NCBI GenBank assembly: GCA_020852255.1
Contig: JADZBD010000018.1
Coordinates: 124,842 to 188,841, forward strand
Direction: 5' to 3'
Length of the DNA: 64,000 bases
Origin: Bacteroidia bacterium
GTDB lineage: Bacteria; Bacteroidota; Bacteroidia; JADZBD01
The position numbers and the translations under genes are program-made. Below, piece after piece: positions 1 through 10,588 of the stretch. Each line of letters begins with the position of its first letter. Positions within the stretch are counted from its first letter, which is position 1. The notes beneath the pieces were generated by a model. The model saw only the letters and a list, made by a program, of their open reading frames with translations. It did no database searches and was not told the DNA's origin.

Positions 1-250
1 AGATCATCTGCTTTTCGATAACCGATCTGCGCTTTATGGCGGAACGGGAAAAAAGTTCGATCATCTATTGCTGGAGAATTATTCCGGCAATACTCCCTTC
101 TTTCTCAGTGGTGGTATCGGTGAACACGAAGTTACTGGTTACAGGAACTTCTGTCCCTTTCCAATGATGGCCGGATTGGACCTTAACAGCAAATTTGAGA
201 TCCGGCCGGGACTCAAGGACATTAAAAGGTTAAAATCTCTGCTCACATGA
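1..250 (+). CDS. trpF: phosphoribosylanthranilate isomerase, C-terminal fragment (5' end outside window)
   Basis: The frame is open from the window edge (..[39 protein letters not shown]) and resembles a PRAI C-terminus. It lies directly before trpB with an ATGA stop/start overlap at 247-250. Confidence 0.7.
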   Translation, partial: DHLLFDNRSALYGGTGKKFDHLLLENYSGNTPFFLSGGIGEHEVTGYRNFCPFPMMAGLDLNSKFEIRPGLKDIKRLKSLLT

Positions 251-1446
251 AAACACAAATGACCGGGAAAGATTATAATGTTGACGAAAATGGTTTTTAC
301 GGAGCCTTTGGTGGGGCATTTATTCCGGAAATGTTGCATGCAAATGTGGAGGAACTTTTACGCTTTTATCGAGAGGCCATCGTAGATGATGCCTTTCTCC
401 ATGAATTCTATGCCTTGCTGAGAGATTATGTTGGACGGCCTTCGCCGTTATATTACGCTGAGCGCTTGTCGTTTAAGTACGACGCAAAAATTTATCTGAA
501 AAGAGAGGATCTGAACCATACAGGGGCCCATAAGATTAATAACACGTTGGGTCAGATACTGCTGGCACGGAGAATGGGTAAAAAGCGAATCATTGCTGAA
601 ACCGGAGCCGGGCAGCACGGAGTTGCAACTGCAACAGTATGTGCTCTCATGAACATGCCCTGTGTTATATATATGGGAGAGACAGATATACGTCGTCAGG
701 CTCCCAATGTGGCCCGCATGAAAATGCTTGGAGCGGAAGTAAGATCCGTTGTCTCCGGAAGTTGTACGCTGAAAGATGCGACCAACGAAGCCATTCGTGA
801 TTGGATCAATGATCCTCTGGGCACCTATTATCTCATCGGTTCGGTGGTGGGGCCGCATCCGTATCCGGAGATGGTTGCCCGCTTTCAGAGTGTGATCAGC
901 GAAGAAATAAGGAAGCAGTTGAAAGAAAAGGAGGCCCGGGATGAGCCGGATCATGTGATCGCTTGTGTTGGAGGTGGGAGCAATGCTGCCGGCGCTTTCT
1001 TTCATTTCCTGGATTCCGGAAAGGTGCGCCTGCACGGTGTTGAGGCGGCCGGTATGGGACTGGATTCAGGAAAAACGGCTGCCACTCTTGCCAGAGGTGA
1101 GCATGGAATTATTCATGGCAGCATGACTATTCTAATGCAGAATGAAGACGGTCAGATCACAGAACCACATTCCATCTCTGCCGGACTTGATTACCCAGGC
1201 ATCGGCCCCCTGCATGCACACCTTTTTGAAAGTGGCCGGGCAGTGTATCATGCCGTGACTGACAAAGAAGCACTGACAGCCGGATTTGAACTGGCGGCAC
1301 TGGAGGGTATCATTCCCGCATTGGAAAGTGCACATGCTCTTGCTGCGTTGAAAAAGATAACATTTGGAAAGGGAGAGATAGCTGTGCTGTGTTTATCCGG
1401 CAGAGGCGATAAGGATATGGAAACCTATTTAAATCATTCAGCATGA
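247..1446 (+). CDS. trpB: tryptophan synthase beta chain
   Basis: 399 aa with the PLP-lysine motif HTGAHKINN, the GGGSNAAG loop and SGRGDKD near the C-terminus. It has ATGA overlaps with both neighbours. Confidence 0.97.
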   Translation: MKTQMTGKDYNVDENGFYGAFGGAFIPEMLHANVEELLRFYREAIVDDAFLHEFYALLRDYVGRPSPLYYAERLSFKYDAKIYLKREDLNHTGAHKINNTLGQILLARRMGKKRIIAETGAGQHGVATATVCALMNMPCVIYMGETDIRRQAPNVARMKMLGAEVRSVVSGSCTLKDATNEAIRDWINDPLGTYYLIGSVVGPHPYPEMVARFQSVISEEIRKQLKEKEARDEPDHVIACVGGGSNAAGAFFHFLDSGKVRLHGVEAAGMGLDSGKTAATLARGEHGIIHGSMTILMQNEDGQITEPHSISAGLDYPGIGPLHAHLFESGRAVYHAVTDKEALTAGFELAALEGIIPALESAHALAALKKITFGKGEIAVLCLSGRGDKDMETYLNHSA

Positions 1447-2171
1447 GTCTTTCTGTTTTCTTTACAGCCGGATACCCGCAGTTAAACGATACGCTTCCCT
1501 TGCTTTCGTCACTTGAGAAGGAGGGAATAGAGAGGGTAGAAATCGGTATCCCTTTTTCCGACCCTCTGGCTGACGGTCCTGTTATCCAGGAAAGCAGCAT
1601 GGTGGCGCTGAAGAACGGAATGTCGCTGCGCATCCTTTTTGAACAACTAAAAGAACGCCCCCGGTCTTCTAAAACGAAAATTTACCTGATGGGATACCTG
1701 AATCCTGTGCTCCGCTTTGGTATGGAGAATTTTTTAAATGAGTGTTCAGAATGCGGAGTGCGCGGTGTAATTCTTCCCGACCTGCCCCCGGAAATCTATG
1801 CTAAGATGTACGCACATATGTTTGAGAAATACAGGCTGAGCTGCATCTTTCTTATTTCACCGCAAACTTCAGACCAGCGAATCCGGTTAGTTGATTCACT
1901 CTCGACAGACTTTATTTATGCGGTTTCTGTTTCAGCAACCACCGGAAGAAAGATTGATCCGGCCAACAGAGAGGAGTTTATGAAACGAATCAGTTCGATG
2001 GGTTTAAAGAATGAGATCGTAGCAGGATTTGGAATTTCTGACAATGCCGCTTACATGTCGGTGATGCGTTTTCTGGACGGCGCCATTTCGGGAACAGCAT
2101 TTATTCAGTATATAAAAACACACGGAACAGAAAACATTTCGCCATTCATTCGTCAATTCCAAAACACATGA
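1443..2171 (+). CDS. trpA: tryptophan synthase alpha chain
   Basis: 242 aa with the [17 protein letters not shown] and GFGIS motifs typical of TrpA. It follows trpB. Confidence 0.93.
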   Translation: MSLSVFFTAGYPQLNDTLPLLSSLEKEGIERVEIGIPFSDPLADGPVIQESSMVALKNGMSLRILFEQLKERPRSSKTKIYLMGYLNPVLRFGMENFLNECSECGVRGVILPDLPPEIYAKMYAHMFEKYRLSCIFLISPQTSDQRIRLVDSLSTDFIYAVSVSATTGRKIDPANREEFMKRISSMGLKNEIVAGFGISDNAAYMSVMRFLDGAISGTAFIQYIKTHGTENISPFIRQFQNT

Positions 2172-3169
2172 TAATTCAAGTCAAAGTGGGAATAGAGGAG
2201 CTGCAACGTAAACGGGTGCTTGAAGCGGTAGCTCTGGCCGGTTACAAAGCGACGGAAGTAAACACGCGTTCGCGCCGTTACCTCGTTTGTATCGGAAAAA
2301 AAGAATTCGATATCCGTACGCTGGGGTCTCTTCCGGGGGTAGAGGATGTTCACCGGGTGAGTGATAGCTATAAGTTGGTTTCATCAAAATGGAAAGTGGG
2401 TAAATCATCGGTACCTGTGGGCGATGACCTGTTCATCGGTGGCAGTAATTTCGCCATAATGGCCGGGCCTTGCAGCATCGAATCCGAAGAACAGGTGAGA
2501 AGCATAGCCCGTCATCTGAAGGATAACAATATCCGGATTATGCGGGGTGGGGTGTTCAAACCGCGTAGTTCTCCATATGCTTTTCGGGGGCTTGGAATTG
2601 AAGGATTGAAGATGTTTCATCTCGTGTGCAGAGAATTTGGGCTAAAGCTTATTACAGAGGTGATGCAGGTGAGCCAAATTGCAGAAATGCACGACTATGT
2701 TGATATCTACCAGGTGGGCGCCAGAAATTCACAGAATTTTAACCTTCTGGATGAATTGGGTAAGGTAGATAAGCCCGTGTTGTTGAAAAGAGGAATGAGC
2801 GGTACTATTGATGAATTGCTTCAATCAGCGGAGTATATTTTTTCTCATGGAAATGAGAAGATCATCCTTTGTGAACGCGGGATCAGAACCTACGAAGAAG
2901 CGTATCGAAACACGTTTGATATCAATGCCATTCCGGTGCTGAAAGAAAAGTCCCACCTTCCTGTTATTGCGGACCCGTCGCATGGGATCGGTCTGCGCGA
3001 TCATGTATCTGCCATTGCTCTGGCCTCCCTGGCTGCTGGTGCTGACGGCGTGATTTATGAGGTACATCCTAGCCCGGAAGAAGCTTTCAGTGATGGTCAG
3101 CAAACGCTTAATTTTCCGGAAAGTGCAGAACTGAACCGGAAGCTGGATCTGCTCCGTAAATTTTCCTAA
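2168..3169 (+). CDS. 3-deoxy-7-phosphoheptulonate (DAHP) synthase, type I-beta with N-terminal ferredoxin-like regulatory domain
   Basis: 333 aa with the KPRSSPYAFRGLG and ADPSHG motifs of the DAHPS/KDO8PS I-beta family. It also has a roughly 90 aa N-terminal extension of the Thermotoga-DAHPS type. ATGA overlap with trpA. Confidence 0.85.
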   Translation: MIIQVKVGIEELQRKRVLEAVALAGYKATEVNTRSRRYLVCIGKKEFDIRTLGSLPGVEDVHRVSDSYKLVSSKWKVGKSSVPVGDDLFIGGSNFAIMAGPCSIESEEQVRSIARHLKDNNIRIMRGGVFKPRSSPYAFRGLGIEGLKMFHLVCREFGLKLITEVMQVSQIAEMHDYVDIYQVGARNSQNFNLLDELGKVDKPVLLKRGMSGTIDELLQSAEYIFSHGNEKIILCERGIRTYEEAYRNTFDINAIPVLKEKSHLPVIADPSHGIGLRDHVSAIALASLAAGADGVIYEVHPSPEEAFSDGQQTLNFPESAELNRKLDLLRKFS

Positions 3170-3177
3170 CATTGCGA

Positions 3178-4200
3178 ATGCATATTAAAATTGCGGTACT
3201 GATTTTCTTCTTTTGCTCCTGCATCCGGCCCGGACGCGACATTGAGAGTTATAAAATACCAGATGCTCCGGATTATTCGAAGGAGTCATGCTGGGCAGCT
3301 CTACCCTGGATCAGGGATTCAGCTGATGTGGTACCTCGGAATTCCGGACTTAGCGACGGGCAAAAAAACGCAAAGGTGGATGTGTTCTTTATCCACCCTA
3401 CCAGTAATTTTTCACGTAAATGCTGGAATCAGGATTTAAAACACAGAGCCACAAATAACCGTACAAATATTGGAAGTATTCTGAATCAAGCTACTGTTTT
3501 CAACGGTTCATGTGCAGTGTACGCTCCCCGATACAGACAAGCCACATTGTATAGTTTCGTAGACTTATATGGAAAGCGTAGGTCGGAAAACAAAAATGGT
3601 GAGAAGGCAATGGCCCTCGCTTATTCCGATGTCCGGACTGCTTTTATATATTTCCTGGATCATTTTTCAAAAGGAAGACCGTTTATTATTGCTTCTCATT
3701 CTCAGGGAACATGGCACGCACGCACACTAATCGGCGAGTTGGTTGAAAAGGATTCAACACTGATGAAACGGCTTGTCGCAGCTTATCTGATCGGAGGAGG
3801 AACAGAATGGGGTGCTTTTTCGGTACTTCAGCCCTGCGGGAGAGCTTCTGAAACTGGTTGTTTCGTAAGTTGGAATAGTATGAAGTGGGGAGCGAAAGAT
3901 CCTTATAATGGAAAGAAAAATCTGATTTGCGTAAATCCTGTTTCGTGGGAAATAAACGGTTCTGCGACGAATAAATCTCATAGCAAAGGGGGCTCGCCAT
4001 ACAAACTGAAGGGCATACATCCTCAGCATGTGTGTGCAGGATGTGGCGACGGTGATGGACTCCTCTTTGTCACCAAGCCTCGTAAAGGTAACTATATGAA
4101 GAATGTTCGAAATTATCATACAGCAGATTATAATCTGTTCTGGCTCGACATACGTCTCAATGTAGATTTGAGAGTCCGGGAGTATTTTCTTAAGCAATAA
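3178..4200 (+). CDS. DUF3089-like alpha/beta-hydrolase lipoprotein
   Basis: Lipoprotein signal MHIKIAVLIFFFCSC and a nucleophile-elbow-like IIASHSQGT. Overall it resembles the DUF3089 family. I prefer the ATG at 3178 to the TTG at 3172. Confidence 0.5.
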   Translation: MHIKIAVLIFFFCSCIRPGRDIESYKIPDAPDYSKESCWAALPWIRDSADVVPRNSGLSDGQKNAKVDVFFIHPTSNFSRKCWNQDLKHRATNNRTNIGSILNQATVFNGSCAVYAPRYRQATLYSFVDLYGKRRSENKNGEKAMALAYSDVRTAFIYFLDHFSKGRPFIIASHSQGTWHARTLIGELVEKDSTLMKRLVAAYLIGGGTEWGAFSVLQPCGRASETGCFVSWNSMKWGAKDPYNGKKNLICVNPVSWEINGSATNKSHSKGGSPYKLKGIHPQHVCAGCGDGDGLLFVTKPRKGNYMKNVRNYHTADYNLFWLDIRLNVDLRVREYFLKQ

Positions 4201-4217
4201 CTTTAAGACCAAAGCCT

Positions 4218-4685
4218 ATGAAAAGATACTTATTCCTGCTCCTGTTTTGCAGCGGTTATCTCTTCGCGCAGGTAGGCGTGATTGATCCGTTGCAGGTTCA
4301 ACACGTATTGCCCGGCTATTCTGTGTTGATAGAATCCTATGCCAAACGCAGTAAACAGCAATTGGATTCTCAGCAAATTTTTATCTCAAGGTATTCTTCC
4401 TGTCTGGAACGTTCCTATATGCTGGATAGCCTGCATGCCTTCGCTCTGGATGATTCAATAAAATTTCACCAGGACAATATGGTAGCTTTTCAGCTTCGCT
4501 CCGACAAGATCATGAAACAGATGGAGATGGAAATGAGGACGGCTCTCGACAAAGAACTTCAGCTGAGGGTCAGGGAGTTTTGCGAAAAGAACAAACTCGC
4601 TGCATTATTTGACCGCAAGGGAATTCTTTACTGTCCGGGTTGCAAGGACTATACCGCCGAGCTGATAAAATTCCTGAAAAAGTAG
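4218..4685 (+). CDS. OmpH/Skp-like periplasmic chaperone (tentative)
   Basis: Signal peptide, a helical Q/K/E-rich middle region, and a C-terminal pattern (NKLAALFDRKGILY...DYTAELIKFLKK) like the OmpH family. Confidence 0.4.
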   Translation: MKRYLFLLLFCSGYLFAQVGVIDPLQVQHVLPGYSVLIESYAKRSKQQLDSQQIFISRYSSCLERSYMLDSLHAFALDDSIKFHQDNMVAFQLRSDKIMKQMEMEMRTALDKELQLRVREFCEKNKLAALFDRKGILYCPGCKDYTAELIKFLKK

Positions 4686-4802
4686 AGAGCTTAATATCTT
4701 GAACGCCAGTACCATTAGCCGCAAATTAGATCTGTTAAGTAATTCAAAATCCTTACCTTTATTGAGTACAGTAAACCAGTCACAATATATACCTAATCAT
4801 TC

Positions 4803-7800
4803 ATGCGCGCTTCGATCCTGATCCTTCTTATTGCTTTTCACATGGATATCATGTGTCAGACCTGGTATGATATGATGAAAGATCCTTCTGTTAATTTTTA
4901 CCAGGTACAAAAGGAATTCAATAAATATTTGCTCAAACAGAAAAGAAAACAGCGCAGGGCTGTAAAGCGTGGACAAGCATATGAAGAAGAAATTCCCGGA
5001 TATACAATGTATAAAAGATGGGAGTGGTTTATGGAGCCACGGGTATTCCCTGACGGCGACCGCACTTCCTTGTACCTGGCCGGCGAGAAAAATCTGGTAT
5101 TCAACACCACAGCTCGTCAGAATCCGGATGTACAGCAATCCGGCAACTGGACCTTACTGGGACCTGTGAATACTATTCCTTCGAATGGAGGAGGCAGCGG
5201 ACGGTTGAATGTGGTTCGCATAGATCCTACGAATCCCAATGTGATCTATGTCGGAGCTCCGGCAGGAGGCATGTGGAAGTCTGTCAACGGTGGTCTGACC
5301 TGGAATACTAGCACAGATCAGCTGGCTTCTATCGGTGTATCTGAAGTAGTGATAGATTATACGAATCCAGCAATCGTTTACATAGGTACAGGAGACAATG
5401 ATGCCGGAGATACTTATTCCTGCGGTGTATTGAAGTCGCAGGACGGAGGACAAACCTGGAGCATGACAGGCCTTTCTTTTAATACCACACAGAGCAGCCG
5501 AATTACGCGTATGTTAATGCATCCTGTAAATCCGCTCATTCTTTACGCCGGCACCAATAACGGGATCTATAAAACAACGGATGGTGGCGTGAGCTGGTAC
5601 AAGATATTTTCCAGTGGTGTAAAAGATATGGAATTCAAGCCGGGAGATCCTAACACTATTTATATGGCAACCGCCAGTGCATTCTATAAGTCCAGCAATG
5701 GTGGCGTGAATTTCTACCTTGTCTCAGGCGGCCTTCCTGGCAGCGGCTCTACCAGCCGTTTAGCCATCGCTGTAACTCCGGCTGACCCCAATTATGTATA
5801 TGTGCTCGCTTCCCGTAATTCTAATAATGGTTTTATGGGATTATATCTTTCCACGAATTCCGGAAATTCATTCTCCATTCAGTCGAGCTCTCCCAATGTA
5901 CTGGGTTGGGCACCAAGCGGGAACGATACGGATGGACAGGGATGGTACACCTTATCTATTGACGCGAGTCCTGTTAACCGCGACGAGATCATAGTGGGTG
6001 GAGTAAATATCTGGCGGTCGACCGATGCGGGAAATACCTGGACACTGAATGCTCATTGGTATGGAGGTGGAGGTGCTCCCTATGTGCATGCGGATATTCA
6101 TGATCTCAGGTATGTGAACGGAACTTCGTTTTATGTAGCCTCTGACGGCGGATTGGCATTCACCAGCAATAGTGGTGGCAGCTTTACAGATCTAAGTGCC
6201 GGATTACAGATTGCGCAAATGTACCGCCTGGGTACAGCCGCTACGAATGCCAACATTACCGTTACAGGCTGGCAAGACAACGGCACTAATCTGTATTCTT
6301 CCGGAAGCTGGGGACAAATTTACGGGGGTGACGGCATGGAGTGTTTTGTTGACTGGTCCACCGATCAGGTGATGTACTGTGAAACCCAGTATGGCGGTTT
6401 TCAGATATCTACAGACGGAGGAAATTCTTTTATGGGTATCGGAGGATTTACCAATGAAGCGGCGCCTTGGGTAACGCCCTGGTGTCAGGATCCTTCGGTT
6501 CCCGGAACCATTTATGCCGGACTCAATAATGTGTGGAAGAGTACGGATCAGGGCGCCAGCTGGAATGCAATTTCAAACTTCGGGCCCTTGGGAATCACGG
6601 TGCTGAAACTGGCACCTTCTAATAATCAAATCATCTGGGCGGGCAGTCAAAATGTGCTTTATAAGACCACCAACGGGGGATTTACCTGGTCTGTGGTGAA
6701 TCTTCCTTTTATGGCATTCCTGAACTCTGTGGCTATTGATGCCGGCAATCCCAACAACGTTTGGGTTTGTTTCGGAGGATATTTTGGCGGGCAAAAGGTT
6801 TACAAATCAGCAGATGGTGGAACCACGTGGACCAATATCACAGGAACCGGACTTCCTAATGTGAACTGCAACACCATAGTACACCAGACAGGTACAAGCG
6901 GGGGAGTATACGTGGGAACAGATGTCGGTGTTTTTTATTATGATGATTTGATTCAGAACTGGTCTTATTTTTCGAACGGCCTGCCGAATGTAATTGTTGA
7001 CGAACTGGAAATACATTATGGTTCAGGTAAGTTGCGGGCTGCCACCTACGGTCGCGGACTATGGGAAACATCACTCTATAATCCTGCTTCCACTGCGCCG
7101 CTTGCCAACTTTACCGCAAATGACCTTGCAGGCTGTCCCGGATTTTCTGTTCAGTTTACCGACATGAGCACAAATAGTCCCACCTCCTGGAATTGGTCCT
7201 TTCCGGGAGGCATACCTTCTGTTTCCAACCAGCAAAACCCTGTAGTAGTCTATAATACGCCGGGGTCTTACAATAATGTAAAACTGGTTGCATCCAATGC
7301 GAACGGATCCGATTCCCTGACTCGATACAGTTACATTGCGGTTTCGCCCCTCAGCATTCCCACCATTATGCTTACCAATGATGATACAGTGTGCGATAAT
7401 CAACCGCTTCTTCTCATTTCAAGTGCCGGCGCATCTTACCTCTGGAGCCCGAACAACCAGGTTTCCCATATGATCAGTCCGGCAGCATCCGGAACCTATG
7501 CTGTAACCGTAACAGATATGTTTGGCTGCAGTGCAACCTCTGCTCCGGTGGATATTACGATTTTGCCCTTTCCCTCATCGGTAATTACGCAGAACGGAGA
7601 TACTTTTTGCTCAAGCCCTGCTGTTATGTATCAATGGTACTTGAACGGCAGTCCGGTGAATGGTGCCAATCAGCAATGTTATGTGGTGCAGGCGCCCGGT
7701 AATTATTATGTAGTTGTATCAGATTCCAACGGATGTACCGGAACGTCCAATACGCTGATAGGAATAGCGGAGCCCGGCGACGTATTCCCGGCACAGATTT

Positions 7801-8036
7801 TTCCCAATCCTGCATCAACCGGGTTTATTCTTGCCGGTTTTATGCCGGGTAGCTGCACGGGTGTTCTAAGAATACTGGATATCGTAGGCAGGGAGGTCTA
7901 TAACAGCGGACAAAACGACCTGAACGCTCAATTTGTCATACAAACAGATGTGAGCGTATTTCATTCCGGCGCCTATCAGGTAGTGCTGGAAACCCCATTC
8001 GGAGTCATTTCCAAAGCCTTGATAATCAAGAAATAA
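4803..8036 (+). CDS. secreted Asp-box (BNR) beta-propeller protein with PKD domain and T9SS C-terminal sorting domain
   Basis: 1077 aa with a signal peptide and at least 10 SxDxGxTW-like Asp-boxes (SQDGGQTW, TTDGGVSW, STDAGNTW, SADGGTTW...). A PKD-like segment (FTANDLAGCPGFSVQFTD) is present. The C-terminus (IFPNPASTGF...GAYQVVLETPFGVISKALIIKK) matches the Por secretion tail. Confidence 0.8.
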   Translation: MRASILILLIAFHMDIMCQTWYDMMKDPSVNFYQVQKEFNKYLLKQKRKQRRAVKRGQAYEEEIPGYTMYKRWEWFMEPRVFPDGDRTSLYLAGEKNLVFNTTARQNPDVQQSGNWTLLGPVNTIPSNGGGSGRLNVVRIDPTNPNVIYVGAPAGGMWKSVNGGLTWNTSTDQLASIGVSEVVIDYTNPAIVYIGTGDNDAGDTYSCGVLKSQDGGQTWSMTGLSFNTTQSSRITRMLMHPVNPLILYAGTNNGIYKTTDGGVSWYKIFSSGVKDMEFKPGDPNTIYMATASAFYKSSNGGVNFYLVSGGLPGSGSTSRLAIAVTPADPNYVYVLASRNSNNGFMGLYLSTNSGNSFSIQSSSPNVLGWAPSGNDTDGQGWYTLSIDASPVNRDEIIVGGVNIWRSTDAGNTWTLNAHWYGGGGAPYVHADIHDLRYVNGTSFYVASDGGLAFTSNSGGSFTDLSAGLQIAQMYRLGTAATNANITVTGWQDNGTNLYSSGSWGQIYGGDGMECFVDWSTDQVMYCETQYGGFQISTDGGNSFMGIGGFTNEAAPWVTPWCQDPSVPGTIYAGLNNVWKSTDQGASWNAISNFGPLGITVLKLAPSNNQIIWAGSQNVLYKTTNGGFTWSVVNLPFMAFLNSVAIDAGNPNNVWVCFGGYFGGQKVYKSADGGTTWTNITGTGLPNVNCNTIVHQTGTSGGVYVGTDVGVFYYDDLIQNWSYFSNGLPNVIVDELEIHYGSGKLRAATYGRGLWETSLYNPASTAPLANFTANDLAGCPGFSVQFTDMSTNSPTSWNWSFPGGIPSVSNQQNPVVVYNTPGSYNNVKLVASNANGSDSLTRYSYIAVSPLSIPTIMLTNDDTVCDNQPLLLISSAGASYLWSPNNQVSHMISPAASGTYAVTVTDMFGCSATSAPVDITILPFPSSVITQNGDTFCSSPAVMYQWYLNGSPVNGANQQCYVVQAPGNYYVVVSDSNGCTGTSNTLIGIAEPGDVFPAQIFPNPASTGFILAGFMPGSCTGVLRILDIVGREVYNSGQNDLNAQFVIQTDVSVFHSGAYQVVLETPFGVISKALIIKK

Positions 8037-8116
8037 CACTACTGCTGTAGTCTGACAAATAGGCATTAATTGTCCTGATGGCACAGGTATTGACCATGCA
8101 CTTCAAATAATCAATA

Positions 8117-10585
8117 ATGAGCGAGAAGTTAACGATCGAAGGCTTTGATTTTAGTGTGAATCAGGACGATGAGCCGGAGTTTATTCCCCTGTTATCTTCG
8201 GAAGACGAAGATTCATTTAATGCGGAAGAGGTTCCCTCAGAAATTCCTATCCTGCCATTGAGAAACACGGTGCTGTTTCCGGGAGTAGTTACTCCAATCA
8301 CCGTTGGCAGAGACAAGTCCATACATTTGGTTAAAGAGGCGTTCAAAAAGGACAAGACCATCGGCGTTTTGGCACAGAAGAACGATACGGTGGAAGATCC
8401 GGGTCCGGATGATCTTTTCCAGGTGGGGACAGTAGCCTTTATTCTGAAAATGTTACGGATGCCGGATGGAAATACTACGGTTATTCTACAGGGTAAGAAA
8501 AGATTTAAGCTTGATTCTGTAGTACAGACGGATCCTTACCTCAAAGGAAAAATCTCATCATTTCCGGATAAACGTCCCGAAAAAGGGAATAAGGAATTTG
8601 AAGCACTTACCGGTTCTCTGCGTGATCTTTCCATGCAGATTATTAAGCAAAGTCCCCATATACCCACCGAAGCAAGCTTTGCAATACGGAATATAGAAAG
8701 TCCATCCTTTCTGGTAAACTTCATTTCTTCCAATATGAACGCCGGGGTTTCAGAGAAGCAGGGAATGCTCGAAGTGCCGGATCTGAAGGAACGGGCCACG
8801 AAAGTGTTATCACATCTTACCAAAGAGTTGCAGATGCTGGAGTTGAAAAACCAGATCCAGTCAAAAGTGAAGACGGATATTGACAAACAGCAGCGGGAAT
8901 ATTTTCTTCACCAGCAGCTGAAAACCATCCAGGAGGAGTTGGGAGGAAATAGTTTTGAGCAGGAAGTAGAAGAGATGAAGAAGAAAGCAAAGGAGATGAA
9001 GTGGTCAAAGGAAGTGGGTGAGGAATTCCATAAGGAGTTGAAGAAGTTGCAGCGGATGAATCCCAATGCGGCAGAATATTCCATTCAGAACAACTATCTT
9101 GAGTTAATGCTGGATCTTCCCTGGGGAGAATACACTACGGACAACTTCGATCTCCGGAGGGCTCAGAAGATCCTGGATGAGGACCATTTCGGTTTGGAGA
9201 AGGTAAAAGAACGGATTATTGAGCATCTCGCGGTGTTAAAGTTAAAAGGAAACATGAAGTCTCCCATCCTTTGCCTGTACGGTCCTCCGGGCGTTGGAAA
9301 AACATCATTGGGAAAATCGATAGCGAAAGCACTGGGGAGAAAATATGTCAGAATGTCTCTGGGAGGACTAAAAGACGAGTCAGAAATCAGAGGGCACCGG
9401 AAAACATATATTGGCGCAATGCCGGGACGGATTCTGCAGAATCTGAAGAAATCGAAGTCTTCGAATCCCGTATTTGTTCTTGATGAAATTGATAAAGTGG
9501 GAACCGATTTTCATGGAGATCCATCATCTGCCTTACTGGAAGTACTGGACCCTGAGCAGAACAATACATTTTATGATAATTATCTGGAAATGGGTTATGA
9601 CCTTTCCAAAGTTATGTTCGTGGCCACTGCGAATAATCTTTCTTCCATTCAGCCGGCCTTACGCGACCGGATGGAGATCATAGAAATATCCGGATATACG
9701 GTGGAAGAGAAAATGGAAATCGCAAAGCGGCACCTGTTGCCAAAGCAGCGCGAAGAGAATGGCCTGAAAGCGAAGCAGCTGCAGATTTCAGAAAAGGTAC
9801 TGGAGTACGTGATTGCAAACTATACGCGCGAATCCGGTGTCAGAGGGCTGGAGAAACAAATTGCAAAATTAGCAAGAAATGTTGCGAAGCAGGTTGCTAT
9901 GAATAAGAAGGAACTCACCAAACTCACGGAGGAGGCTGTCATAAAAATTCTGGGTCCTTCACATGAGCGAGACCGCTACCAGGGGAATGATGTAGCCGGT
10001 GTGGTTACCGGCTTGGCCTGGACACCGGTGGGTGGAGATATCCTATTCATTGAATCTTCTCTGAGCAGATCGAAGGGCGGAAAGCTAACCCTTACCGGAA
10101 ACCTAGGAGAGGTGATGAAAGAAAGTGCGACCCTGGCCATGGAATACCTCAAAGCACATAGTGAACTGATTGGCTTGTCTTCCGCGGTTTTTGAGAACTG
10201 GAATGTCCATATCCATGTTCCGGAGGGTGCTACTCCGAAAGATGGACCTTCTGCAGGTATCGCAATACTTACAGCCCTGGCTTCTGTTTTTACACAGAGA
10301 AAGGTGAAAAAGAATCTGGCAATGACAGGAGAGATTACCTTGCGAGGAAGGGTTTTGGCTGTAGGAGGGATCAAAGAAAAGATTCTTGCGGCCCGCCGGG
10401 CCGGCATTAAGGAGATTGTGCTTTCTGCGGATAACCGGAAAGATGTGGAGGAAATTAAGCAGGAATATCTTAAAGGACTGAGTTTTCATTATGTCAGTGC
10501 CATGACCGAAGTGCTCGACATCGCACTGCTTCGTGAAAAGGTAAAGCGACCGATTGAAATATCATTTCCGGAAAAGGCCAATTAA
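8117..10585 (+). CDS. lon: ATP-dependent protease Lon (LonA)
   Basis: 822 aa with an N-terminal LON substrate domain, Walker A GPPGVGKTS, the catalytic PKDGPSAGIA serine and a downstream lysine region. Confidence 0.97.
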   Translation: MSEKLTIEGFDFSVNQDDEPEFIPLLSSEDEDSFNAEEVPSEIPILPLRNTVLFPGVVTPITVGRDKSIHLVKEAFKKDKTIGVLAQKNDTVEDPGPDDLFQVGTVAFILKMLRMPDGNTTVILQGKKRFKLDSVVQTDPYLKGKISSFPDKRPEKGNKEFEALTGSLRDLSMQIIKQSPHIPTEASFAIRNIESPSFLVNFISSNMNAGVSEKQGMLEVPDLKERATKVLSHLTKELQMLELKNQIQSKVKTDIDKQQREYFLHQQLKTIQEELGGNSFEQEVEEMKKKAKEMKWSKEVGEEFHKELKKLQRMNPNAAEYSIQNNYLELMLDLPWGEYTTDNFDLRRAQKILDEDHFGLEKVKERIIEHLAVLKLKGNMKSPILCLYGPPGVGKTSLGKSIAKALGRKYVRMSLGGLKDESEIRGHRKTYIGAMPGRILQNLKKSKSSNPVFVLDEIDKVGTDFHGDPSSALLEVLDPEQNNTFYDNYLEMGYDLSKVMFVATANNLSSIQPALRDRMEIIEISGYTVEEKMEIAKRHLLPKQREENGLKAKQLQISEKVLEYVIANYTRESGVRGLEKQIAKLARNVAKQVAMNKKELTKLTEEAVIKILGPSHERDRYQGNDVAGVVTGLAWTPVGGDILFIESSLSRSKGGKLTLTGNLGEVMKESATLAMEYLKAHSELIGLSSAVFENWNVHIHVPEGATPKDGPSAGIAILTALASVFTQRKVKKNLAMTGEITLRGRVLAVGGIKEKILAARRAGIKEIVLSADNRKDVEEIKQEYLKGLSFHYVSAMTEVLDIALLREKVKRPIEISFPEKAN

Positions 10586-10588
10586 GGT

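Noticed and set aside
8117-10585. Lon protease as a possible defence-system component (Lon-like proteases occur in some anti-phage loci).
   Set aside because: It is a canonical full-length LonA with N-terminal substrate, AAA+ and S16 domains. Its neighbours are a T9SS cargo gene and an MFS transporter, with no defence-type partners.
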